In this document: positions 45,425-53,584 of the stretch, in pieces
Layout: each line of letters opens with the position of its first letter
Position numbering within the stretch: the stretch's first letter is position 1
Assembly (NCBI GenBank): GCA_965228975.1
Contig: OZ245851.1
Coordinates: 53,940 to 117,939, forward strand
DNA length: 64,000 nt
From: Alphaproteobacteria bacterium
Lineage (GTDB): Bacteria; Pseudomonadota; Alphaproteobacteria; UBA8366
Direction: 5' to 3'
Position numbers and translations under genes: made by a program
Notes under the pieces: model-generated
The model's database searches: none
Told to the model about the DNA's origin: nothing
Seen by the model: only the letters and a program-made list of their open reading frames with translations

Positions 45425-46621
45425 TTAAGCCGTCAACGCGCGCGCCAAATCCTCCTTGAGGTCCTCGACATCCTCCAGCCCGACCGACAGGCGCAGTAAG
45501 CCCTCGGAAATGCCCAGGCGTTCGCGTTCCTCTTCCGGCAGGCGTTGGTGGGTCGTTGTCGCCGGATGGGTGACGATGCTTTTCGTATCGCCGAGGTTGT
45601 TGGAGATGTCGATGATCTCGAGCGTGTTTTGGATTCGGTAGGCACGCTCCTTGCCGCCCTCGATCTCGAAGGCGAGCACGGAGCCGGGCTTCTTCATCTG
45701 CCATTTCGCCAGCGTGTATTGCGGATGGCTTTCCAGGCCCGGGTACAAAACGCGCTGCACGCCGGGTTGCGTCTCCAGGAATTCGGCGACCTCCTGCGCG
45801 TTTTGGCAATGCCGTTCCACCCGCAGGTCCAGCGTCTCCAACCCTTTGAGCAACAGCCAGGCGTTGAACGGGCTGCAGGCAGGGCCGGTGTGGCGGATGA
45901 GCGGTTGCAGGTTGTCTTCGTAGTAGCTCTGCGGACCCAGGATCGCACCGCCGAGCGCGCGGCCTTGCCCGTCGATATGCTTGGTCGCGGAGTAGACGAT
46001 GATGTCCGCGCCGAAATCCAATGGATGCTGCAGTACCGGCGTCGCCAGTACGTTGTCGACCACCAGCTTGCCGCCCGCCGCGTGGGTCAACTCGGCGATC
46101 TTGCCGAGGTCGATGATCTCCAGCGTCGGGTTGGACGGGGTTTCGAGGAAGACGCAGTCGGCCGGCTTGGAAAGTGCTTTCTCCCACTGGTCCATGTCCG
46201 TGCCGTCGACGAATTCCGTTTCCACGCCGTAGCGTGGCAGCAACTCGGCGATGATGTAGTGGCAGGAGCCGAACAAGGCCCGCGAGGCGACGACCCGGTC
46301 GCCCGCCTTCAATAGGGCGATCAGCGATGTGAACACCGCCGACATGCCGCTTGCCGTGGCGGTGCAGAACTCCGCGCCCTCCAGCAGGCGCAGCCGTTCT
46401 TCGAAGGCCGCGACCGTCGGGTTGCCGTAGCGGGAGTAGATGAACCGGTCGGTCTCGCCCTTGAAGGCGGCCTCGGCGTCCTCCGCCCGGTCGTAGACGA
46501 AGCCCGAGGTCAGGAACAGCGCCTCCGCCGTCTCCCGGTGCGGGGATCGATCTAGCCCGCCGCGCACGAGATTTGTTTGCGGCCGGTAGGTCCGTTTGGA
46601 TGACTGCTGCGATCCGTCCAT
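45425..46621 (-). CDS. metZ: O-succinylhomoserine sulfhydrylase (Cys/Met-metabolism PLP enzyme)
   Basis: YRPQTNLVRGG...FIYSRYGNPTV...SATKHIDGQG (PLP-binding Lys). Start at ATG 46621 with an AGGAGGA RBS. Confidence 0.8.
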   Translation of the reverse strand: MDGSQQSSKRTYRPQTNLVRGGLDRSPHRETAEALFLTSGFVYDRAEDAEAAFKGETDRFIYSRYGNPTVAAFEERLRLLEGAEFCTATASGMSAVFTSLIALLKAGDRVVASRALFGSCHYIIAELLPRYGVETEFVDGTDMDQWEKALSKPADCVFLETPSNPTLEIIDLGKIAELTHAAGGKLVVDNVLATPVLQHPLDFGADIIVYSATKHIDGQGRALGGAILGPQSYYEDNLQPLIRHTGPACSPFNAWLLLKGLETLDLRVERHCQNAQEVAEFLETQPGVQRVLYPGLESHPQYTLAKWQMKKPGSVLAFEIEGGKERAYRIQNTLEIIDISNNLGDTKSIVTHPATTTHQRLPEEERERLGISEGLLRLSVGLEDVEDLKEDLARALTA

Positions 46622-46652
46622 TGCGTCCTCCTGCGCCGCATCCGGCGCCATG

Positions 46653-46684
46653 AAAAAAACCCCGACCGGTCAAACAGGTCAGGG
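46653..46684 (-). terminator. leader terminator/attenuator hairpin upstream of metZ
   Basis: On the minus strand, CCCTGACC...GGTCGGGG is followed by TTTTTTT. It lies between the conserved-looking leader and the metZ RBS. Confidence 0.55.
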
Positions 46685-46699
46685 CTCCCAACGGACGCT

Positions 46700-46760
46700 C
46701 CGACCTTTTAGCTGGGTTGTTTTCCGTGGCCGCAAGCCGGTCGGGCCAAATCACCACGTC
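46700..46760 (-). promoter_or_regulatory. structured metZ leader; candidate SAM-II-like riboswitch aptamer
   Basis: The minus strand reads CGUGG-UGAUUUGGCCCGACCGGCUUGCGG-CCACG-GAAAACAACCCAGCUAAAAGG. It has a P1 stem plus GAUUU, GCUU and AGCUAAAA elements reminiscent of SAM-II, but I could not confirm the pseudoknot pairing by hand. Confidence 0.35.
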
Positions 46761-46861
46761 CCGGGACTTTGGGCGGATGGCGGGAAAATGTCAACAGAAT
46801 CTTCCATCGGCGGCCAAGCCGGGTAAACTCGCTGGCATGGCGGCAGTTCGAGGAGGATGTG

Positions 46862-47908
46862 ATGAAACGGATAGGCATTTTGGCGGCGGCGGTTCTATTG
46901 ATGGGCGCGTCGCTGGTGCAGGACGTCAACGACGCACCGTTGACCGAGAAATGGGCCCCGGGCGAATGGGGCGCGGGCGACATGATCGGTGCCGTTAACC
47001 GCACCACGCCGGAACTGGTCCTGAAGGCGGTCGGGCTGGTCAAGCAAGGCAAGGTCGCGACGCTCGGCAAGGTCTATTCCCAGGACGCGCCGGCCTTCGG
47101 ATCGCGCGGCTGGAAGCTGACTATTCCGGGCCTGCCCACGGGCGGCCCGTTCGGCGGGCAGAAGCTGGTCTATAACGACGAATACGTGTCCACGGAACTC
47201 GGACAGATCGGCACGCAGTTCGACGGTCCCGGCCATATCGGCGTGCGGACGTCCAAGGGCCACTATTTCTACAACGGGCGGTTCTTGGAGGATTCGGGCG
47301 TCGGCACCTACGGGCTCGGACCGCTCGGCGTGGAGCATGTGGCGCAGAAGGGCTTCGTCTGCCGCGGCGTGCTGCTGGATGCCGTGGCGCTGCGGGGCGG
47401 CACCCTACCAGTGCCGGCGAAGGTCGGCCGCGACGACCCCGGCATCGTCACCGACGATGACGTCAAGGCGATGGTCGAGCGCCAGGGCATCGCGCCGATC
47501 GGCGAAGGCGATTGCGTTTTTCTCTATACCGGGCATGGCGACCTGTGGCATCCGAAGGATTGGGACACATTCGACGCGGCGGAAAAGAAGAAGCGCGTCG
47601 CCGCCTTCAACCGGGGCGAGCCAGGTTTCGGTATCTCCGCCTGCGAGTATCTGGCGGAGCGTAAGGTGATCCTGACGGGCGCGGATAACTGGGGTACCGA
47701 AGCCGTCGGCCCCGGCTTCGCCGGTGAGCGCAAGCAACCTTTCGAGTGTCACATCGCGTTGCAGACCAAGCGCGGCATTTGGAACATCGAGAACTTGGAC
47801 CTATCCCAGCTCGTTGCGGACAAAGCCTACGAGTTCCTTTTCGTCTGGTCGCCGCTGAAGGCGAAGGGGGCGACCGGCTCGCCGGGCAATCCCGTGGCGT
47901 TGTATTAG
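46862..47908 (+). CDS. cyclase family protein (kynurenine formamidase-like fold), exported
   Basis: Signal peptide MKRIGILAAAVLLMGASL. GTQFDGPGHIG motif. GAGGAGGA RBS before ATG 46862. Confidence 0.75.
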   Translation: MKRIGILAAAVLLMGASLVQDVNDAPLTEKWAPGEWGAGDMIGAVNRTTPELVLKAVGLVKQGKVATLGKVYSQDAPAFGSRGWKLTIPGLPTGGPFGGQKLVYNDEYVSTELGQIGTQFDGPGHIGVRTSKGHYFYNGRFLEDSGVGTYGLGPLGVEHVAQKGFVCRGVLLDAVALRGGTLPVPAKVGRDDPGIVTDDDVKAMVERQGIAPIGEGDCVFLYTGHGDLWHPKDWDTFDAAEKKKRVAAFNRGEPGFGISACEYLAERKVILTGADNWGTEAVGPGFAGERKQPFECHIALQTKRGIWNIENLDLSQLVADKAYEFLFVWSPLKAKGATGSPGNPVALY

Positions 47909-47915
47909 GCGCGTC

Positions 47916-48302
47916 ATGCCGGAAACGCCCAAGGTGCTGAACGCCGCCACTATCGTGCCGGTGCGCGATGTGGCGGCGACCCTCCGATTCTACGAAGACG
48001 TGCTTGGCTTCGAGCGTAAACTGTTGGCGGAGGATGGCAGTTTCGGGGCCGCCGAACGCGGCGGCGCTGCGGTCGAGTTCATCGCGACGGACGACGCCCG
48101 TGCGCTCAAGGCCACGGCGACCAATATCGCACTGTCGATCCGGGTGTGCGGCCTCGATGCGCTCTATATGGCGCTGAAGCCACAACTCGATACTCTGCCC
48201 GAGGGAAGGGTACGGCCGCCCTTCGATCAGCCCTACGGCGTCCGTGAGTTCCATGTGAAGGATCCGGACGGTTGCTTGCTTTTCTTCGCGGAACGGGAAT
48301 AG
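47916..48302 (+). CDS. VOC (glyoxalase/bleomycin-resistance) family protein
   Basis: 128 aa. IVPVRDVAATLRFYEDVLGF and ...GVREFHVKDPDGCLLFF are typical VOC patterns. Confidence 0.75.
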   Translation: MPETPKVLNAATIVPVRDVAATLRFYEDVLGFERKLLAEDGSFGAAERGGAAVEFIATDDARALKATATNIALSIRVCGLDALYMALKPQLDTLPEGRVRPPFDQPYGVREFHVKDPDGCLLFFAERE

Positions 48303-48320
48303 CGCAGTCGAGGCTGCCGT

Positions 48321-49649
48321 TTGCGCCCCGGCGGGGCAAATGATGTAGACTCGACGGGTTGGAGCGCCGGTCGCGACGTCCCGTCGGCCGCGCAAACGCA
48401 CCCGTCGAGGCATCCCATCGCCATAGCACCGCTCGCGCCGTTCAAGATACGCAGTTTCCGATTCCAATGGCCGGCCGACCTGCTGACGGCATGGGCTTTC
48501 GAGATGGAGACCCTCATTCTCGGCTGGTACATCCTGGTCGAGACGGACTCGGTGCTGCTGCTCACGATCTTCGGATCGCTGCAGTATTTCGGCACGTTGG
48601 TCGCCCCCATGCTGGGTGCATTTGCCGACCGGTTGGGACGGCGCACCCTATTGTGCCTGATGCGGGGCTTCTATGCGGTGATGGCGACGGTCGTCATGGC
48701 GCTCGGCCTGACCGACCAACTCAACCCCGTCTATGTCTTCATCACGGCTGCCTGTATGGGAATGGTGCGTCCCTCGGATCTGGTGATGCGGAATACGCTG
48801 GTGGCGGACACCATGCCGCCGGACCGGCTGGCCAACGCGATGGGACTATCGCGCGCGACACAGGATTCCGCGCGGATCGCCGGTGCGTTGGCCGGGGCCG
48901 GATTGTTCTCCGCGCTCGGGATCGGCTTTGCCTACATCTTCGTCGCCGCGTTCTATCTCTTGAGCTTGTCATTGACCTTCGGCGTCTCGCGTGTCCGGCC
49001 CGGCCGCGAGGATTCGGGCGACGCCGCCGCCGCACCGCCGCGGCGATTTCCGATCTGGCGCGAACTGCGGGAGGGCCTTGCCTATATTTGGGCCACGCCG
49101 CGCGTGCTGGCCGTCATGTGCCTCGCCTTCATGGTCAATCTGACCGCCTATCCGATTTCACACGGTTTGCTGCCCTTCGTCGCGCGCGAGGTCTATGCCC
49201 TGGATGAAAACGGGCTCGCCCATCTCGTCGCCGGGTTCGGCGCCGGCGCGTTGACCGCGTCGATGCTGATGGCCTTTGTCGGCAGCTCGCGCCGTCCGGT
49301 GCGGCTGATGCTGGTCTGCATCATCTTGTGGTATTCGACGCTGCTGCTATTCGGGCAGGCGACCGACCGGGCCTTCGGTTTGCCGATACTGTTCCTGGTC
49401 GGGGTCACGCAAGGAATTGCGATGCTGTCGATGTCCGTGGCGTTGCTCAGCACGGTGACCCCGTCGTTGCGCGGCCGGGTCATGGGCGTGCGGTCGATGG
49501 CGATCTACGGCCTGCCGATCGGGCTGGTCGGCTCGGGCGCGATGATCGAATGGATAGGATACACCGCCACGATCAACACCTACTGTGCCGTGGGGCTGTT
49601 CTTCACCGTACTGGTCGGCGTCAAATGGCGCGACGCGATCTGGCGTTGA
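48321..49649 (+). CDS. MFS transporter
   Basis: About 12 hydrophobic segments. FRFQWPADLL near the N-terminus and a GAFADRLGRR loop motif. The only in-frame start I found is TTG 48321, so the start is uncertain. Confidence 0.8.
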   Translation: MRPGGANDVDSTGWSAGRDVPSAAQTHPSRHPIAIAPLAPFKIRSFRFQWPADLLTAWAFEMETLILGWYILVETDSVLLLTIFGSLQYFGTLVAPMLGAFADRLGRRTLLCLMRGFYAVMATVVMALGLTDQLNPVYVFITAACMGMVRPSDLVMRNTLVADTMPPDRLANAMGLSRATQDSARIAGALAGAGLFSALGIGFAYIFVAAFYLLSLSLTFGVSRVRPGREDSGDAAAAPPRRFPIWRELREGLAYIWATPRVLAVMCLAFMVNLTAYPISHGLLPFVAREVYALDENGLAHLVAGFGAGALTASMLMAFVGSSRRPVRLMLVCIILWYSTLLLFGQATDRAFGLPILFLVGVTQGIAMLSMSVALLSTVTPSLRGRVMGVRSMAIYGLPIGLVGSGAMIEWIGYTATINTYCAVGLFFTVLVGVKWRDAIWR

Positions 49650-49667
49650 ACGCCGCCCTTTTGGCGG

Positions 49668-50450
49668 CTACGCGCCGGCGCCAGGCTTGCGGTCCTGATA
49701 CGCATCCGGATTGCGCTTTGCGAGCAGGCTGGGATCGGACCCCGGCCGGTCGCTGGGCAGACCGAATTGCAGGCAGAGGACTTCCGCGCCGTCGGGCCCG
49801 GCGTTCATTCGCAAGACATCTTCGCCGCGATCGACCCGGATAACCGAGTCCGCCGGCAATTCCTTGCCGTCCTGGATCAGCGCCCCGCCGCAGACGAGAT
49901 AATATTGACCGCCCTTTTCGGTTGGCAGGCCATCGGATACGGCGTTGCTGCCCAAACGGAACCCGACCGCGTCGACGCCATCGTCCTGCGATTCCATCAG
50001 GTCCTCGCGTTCCATTTCGCCCGCCGCGATGGGGCGGCCAAGATCGAAGGTGCCTGCAATGTTGCGGCCCGCGCGGCACGGCATGTTGTGTTTGTTGCCG
50101 GGCATCGACCAATGACCGCCGCTGGCAGCGTTCCGGAGGGTAAAGAAAGAGAACCCGTTTTCGCGCCCCACGATCGGTCCATAAGGCGTGTAGGCGTCCG
50201 CATATTGGAAGGTAATCGGGCGGATTTCCTTCTTGCCGATGCGGCCGTCCCCAGCCACGACGACCTGAAACTGATCGACATCATGAAAATGCGGGTCGAC
50301 GCGTGCGCCGGCATAGGGCCGTACCACCAGAAAGGCCTGCGGATCGGCGTTAATCGTGCCGGGAGACCCGATGTAATCGTGCCGGGCGCCGGTTCCGCCT
50401 TTTCGTTCAATGACTTTGACGTTTGCCTCACTGGTAGCGACTGCCTGCAT
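49668..50450 (-). CDS. cupin/bicupin-like hypothetical protein
   Basis: 260 aa. HFHDVDQFQVVVAGDG is a cupin metal motif, and there is a second beta-rich half. AAGGAAGG RBS. Confidence 0.6.
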   Translation of the reverse strand: MQAVATSEANVKVIERKGGTGARHDYIGSPGTINADPQAFLVVRPYAGARVDPHFHDVDQFQVVVAGDGRIGKKEIRPITFQYADAYTPYGPIVGRENGFSFFTLRNAASGGHWSMPGNKHNMPCRAGRNIAGTFDLGRPIAAGEMEREDLMESQDDGVDAVGFRLGSNAVSDGLPTEKGGQYYLVCGGALIQDGKELPADSVIRVDRGEDVLRMNAGPDGAEVLCLQFGLPSDRPGSDPSLLAKRNPDAYQDRKPGAGA

Positions 50451-50491
50451 GATGCGACCCTTCCTTTGAATCGTTCCTTGGTGGAAGATAG

Positions 50492-50773
50492 TATTTTACT
50501 ACGAATCCGAATTTTTGTCTTCTCACCGCCGGACTGACCCGGTTGACCTGGTGGCAGTTCCTCTGGACCACCGGCGTCGGAATCCTGCCGCTTACCTTTC
50601 TCATGGTGGTCGTGGGCGACAATATCGAAAGCCTCGGCTGGGCATCGTGGCTGATACTGTTTGCAGGGGGCATTGCCCTTTGGCTCGTCGTGCGCCGCAA
50701 GCTTCAGCCGCCGCCGGATGATGACGCGATAGACGCTGCGTCCATGGACGAAAAGCCGCCCGCGGGTGTCTAG
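50492..50773 (+). pseudogene. 5'-truncated remnant of a TVP38/TMEM64 (DedA/SNARE-associated) family membrane protein
   Basis: The frame opens right after TAG at 50489 and reads ...LLTAGLTRLTWWQFLWTTGVGILPLTFLMVVVG..., which corresponds to the last two TM segments of a family of about 230 aa. Upstream is an AT-rich junction and there is no N-terminal part. Confidence 0.5.
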
Positions 50774-50774
50774 C

Positions 50775-51713
50775 CTAACCGGCGATCGACTTCCGCAGTT
50801 TCGCCATGGTTTCCAGATTGCGCTCGTGATCGCCGGCGAATCGCAGCACCAGGTGTTGTGCGCCGGCGTCCACATAGCCTTTCAGCCACTCGACCGCCCC
50901 TTCCGCCGAGCCACCGAAACACGCCTGGCGCTTCTTCAGGAGGTCCGGCCGTTGGCCGTAATACTGTTGCAGGAAGTCGTCGATGCGGGCGTCTGCCTTG
51001 GTGGCATCGTCGTCGATCGCAAGCGTCAGATAGATCGCCGGCGTGATGTCGGATGGATTGCGCCCGGCGTCACGCGCATAACCCTGTACCTCGGCCCATT
51101 GTTCCGACCAGCGGGTCGCGTCGGGGCCGGTCGGGAACCAGCCTTCGAAATACCGCCCGGCACGCTTCAGCGCACCGGGGACCGAACCGCCGCCCCAGAT
51201 CGGCGGTCCGCCCTTGCGATGCGGGACCGGCCCGAGGGTGCCGTCGGTCACCTTCCAACGGCCATCCCAATTCACCGGCTCGCCGCTCCACAACGCGCGG
51301 CAGAGGCGTAGTTGTTCGAGCATGCGGCCGACGCGCTTTTCGAAGGGGACGCCGGCGGACTCGAACTCGGCCCGGATGTTGGGCACATCGCTCGCGATCC
51401 CGACGCCGAGGATAACCCGGCCTTCGCTGATCTGGTCCAGCGTGGCAACCTGATGCGCCAGCAGGACCGGATTGCGCAAGGTCGGCAGCAGAACGGCGGT
51501 TCCCAGCTCGACGGTTTTGGTGCGGCCCGCCACACCGGCCAGCAACGTGATCGGCTCGTGTCGCGGCCGGGCGAGCAGGGAATCGCCGACCCAGACCGAA
51601 TCGTATCCCAGGTCTTCGGCGCGTTCCGCCAGAGCCAGGAGCGGCGCGGCCTCGGGCCGGCCCTCCATAATCTGTTCGCGGGTGGGCAGCAGGTATCCGA
51701 TCTTCGGCGCCAT
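50775..51713 (-). CDS. LLM-class flavin/F420-dependent oxidoreductase
   Basis: 312 aa. Luciferase-like pattern: GYDSVWVGDSLL, LGTAVLLPTLRNPVLLAHQVATLDQISEGR. Confidence 0.85.
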   Translation of the reverse strand: MAPKIGYLLPTREQIMEGRPEAAPLLALAERAEDLGYDSVWVGDSLLARPRHEPITLLAGVAGRTKTVELGTAVLLPTLRNPVLLAHQVATLDQISEGRVILGVGIASDVPNIRAEFESAGVPFEKRVGRMLEQLRLCRALWSGEPVNWDGRWKVTDGTLGPVPHRKGGPPIWGGGSVPGALKRAGRYFEGWFPTGPDATRWSEQWAEVQGYARDAGRNPSDITPAIYLTLAIDDDATKADARIDDFLQQYYGQRPDLLKKRQACFGGSAEGAVEWLKGYVDAGAQHLVLRFAGDHERNLETMAKLRKSIAG

Positions 51714-51754
51714 AGCCGGTCTCCTTCAGCGTTTCGTTCTTATTTTCGCTCGGA

Positions 51755-52138
51755 TTATCGTTCGACGAGTTGATACAGCACGCCGTGGCTGTCGCGCGGG
51801 TGGACGAAGACCATGTTGTCGGCCTCGATCAGGTTTGCACCCTTGGCTTTCATCTCTTTCGCCGCCGCCGCGAGATCGTCGACCGCGAGAGCGACCAAAT
51901 GAAGCCCTTCGCCATGGCGTTCGAGGGATCTACCGATCGCGCCGCCGTCGCCCAGTGGCTCGGCGAGTTCGATAAAGCTGCCGTCGGGCCCGATCGGGAA
52001 TACCGCCCGTTTCATGCCGAGATGCGGCAGGTCTTCGGGACCCTTGCTTGCGGTCATGCCGAGTTTGTCCTGATAGTCCTTCATCCCTTGGTCCAGATCC
52101 TTGACCCGAACCACCATGTGATCGATGCGCTTGAACAT
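51755..52138 (-). CDS. VOC family protein (methylmalonyl-CoA epimerase-like)
   Basis: 127 aa. MFKRIDHMVVRVKDLD...GEGLHLVALAVDDL...FVHPRDSHGVLYQLVE. Confidence 0.75.
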   Translation of the reverse strand: MFKRIDHMVVRVKDLDQGMKDYQDKLGMTASKGPEDLPHLGMKRAVFPIGPDGSFIELAEPLGDGGAIGRSLERHGEGLHLVALAVDDLAAAAKEMKAKGANLIEADNMVFVHPRDSHGVLYQLVER

Positions 52139-52266
52139 TGGTCGGTTCCCTCTTCTTGCGTGCCACGGTGCGACGCGATGTCGTTGCCCGACACTGTAGC
52201 GCCGAAACTCCAGGAGGCAAAAACTTGCCCGTCACGCGATAATCTTTCGTGGCGCTCGCGGATGCC

Positions 52267-53445
52267 CTACGCGGTCGCGCGCGTGGCTTTCTCCGGGCAC
52301 AGCCAACGTAGGACCGAATACCCCACGAGGGCGGATATCAGCGACCCGGTCAGCACACCGTATCGGACTTGCGCCATCATCTCCGGACCCGCATAGGCCA
52401 AGGTGCCGATGAACAGGCTCATGGTGAAGCCGATTCCGGCAAGGCAGGACAATCCATAGATCTGCATCCAGCTGACGCCCTCAGGGCGGCGGGCGATGCC
52501 GAATTTTACGGCGAGCAGCACGCTGCCGAAGACGCCGATCTGCTTACCGACCACAAGCCCGGCGGCAATTCCGAACGGCAACGGCGCCATGAGCGAGGCA
52601 ATCGAGAACCCTTGCAGTGAGACACCGGCATTGGCGAAGGCAAATGCGGGGAGTACGCCATAGGCGACGTATGGGTGCAGGCTATGCTCCACCGCGCGCA
52701 GCGGCGACTTCTGGTCGCCGGCGCGCAACGGGATGGCCAAGGCGAGGACGACCCCCGCGAGCGTGGCATGCACGCCGGACTTGAGCACGAAGACCCATAA
52801 CACGACGCCGACCATGATGTAGGGCGCCACCCTGAGCACGCCGGCCCTGTTCAGGGCGATCAATCCCGTGATGGCAATGGCTGCCCCGGCCAATGACGGG
52901 AAGGATAGGTCCGCCGTGTAGAAGGCTGCGATGATTATGATCGCGCCGAGATCGTCGAAAATCGCAATGGCCAGGAGCAGGGTCTTGATCGAGGTCGGGA
53001 TGCGGTTCCCCAAGAGGGCCAATACGCCGAGCGCAAAGGCGATATCGGTTGCTGCCGGAATCGCCCAACCGTTCGCGAGGTCGGAGTCGATACCGGTAAC
53101 CGACAGAAATATGACTGCGGGTATTGCCATGCCGCCTAAGGCGCCGATGGCCGGTAAGGTGACCTGCTCCCTGCTGGACAATTGTCCTTCGATCACTTCG
53201 CGTTTGATCTCCAATCCGACAAGAAAGAAGAAAACGGCCATGAGACCGTCGTTGATCCACAGCAGTAGCGGTTTATCGATGGACAAGGCGCCGACGTTGA
53301 CGGAGACGGGAAGTGTCAGGAGTTGGTCGTAGATATACGCTAAGGCGGAGTTTTCGAAGATCAGTGCCAATGCGGCGGTCGCCATCAGGATCAGGCCACC
53401 GGTGGCTTCGCTGTCGATGAATCTCTTAAGCGCCCGTACAGGCAT
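52267..53445 (-). CDS. nhaA: Na+/H+ antiporter NhaA
   Basis: 392 aa. WINDGLMAVFFFLVGLEIKRE and IPAATDIAFALGVL are the hallmark NhaA motifs. Confidence 0.9.
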   Translation of the reverse strand: MPVRALKRFIDSEATGGLILMATAALALIFENSALAYIYDQLLTLPVSVNVGALSIDKPLLLWINDGLMAVFFFLVGLEIKREVIEGQLSSREQVTLPAIGALGGMAIPAVIFLSVTGIDSDLANGWAIPAATDIAFALGVLALLGNRIPTSIKTLLLAIAIFDDLGAIIIIAAFYTADLSFPSLAGAAIAITGLIALNRAGVLRVAPYIMVGVVLWVFVLKSGVHATLAGVVLALAIPLRAGDQKSPLRAVEHSLHPYVAYGVLPAFAFANAGVSLQGFSIASLMAPLPFGIAAGLVVGKQIGVFGSVLLAVKFGIARRPEGVSWMQIYGLSCLAGIGFTMSLFIGTLAYAGPEMMAQVRYGVLTGSLISALVGYSVLRWLCPEKATRATA

Positions 53446-53584
53446 GTCTTCTCCTCCCTTGCCAACCCGGAAGCTAGGTTGGGCGGGAGTGCTTGATTTT
53501 CAATAGTTAGACGGGGTTCGCGGCCGAATTCGAGTGCAGTTTCCCGTGCTGGTAGAGAAAGAGGGAATTGTGTCGCGCCGCGTG

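Noticed and set aside
45312-46757. 481-aa minus-strand ORF overlapping metZ.
   Set aside because: It is out of frame with metZ, which has clear PLP-enzyme motifs. The ORF also reads through the REP-like repeats and the leader terminator.
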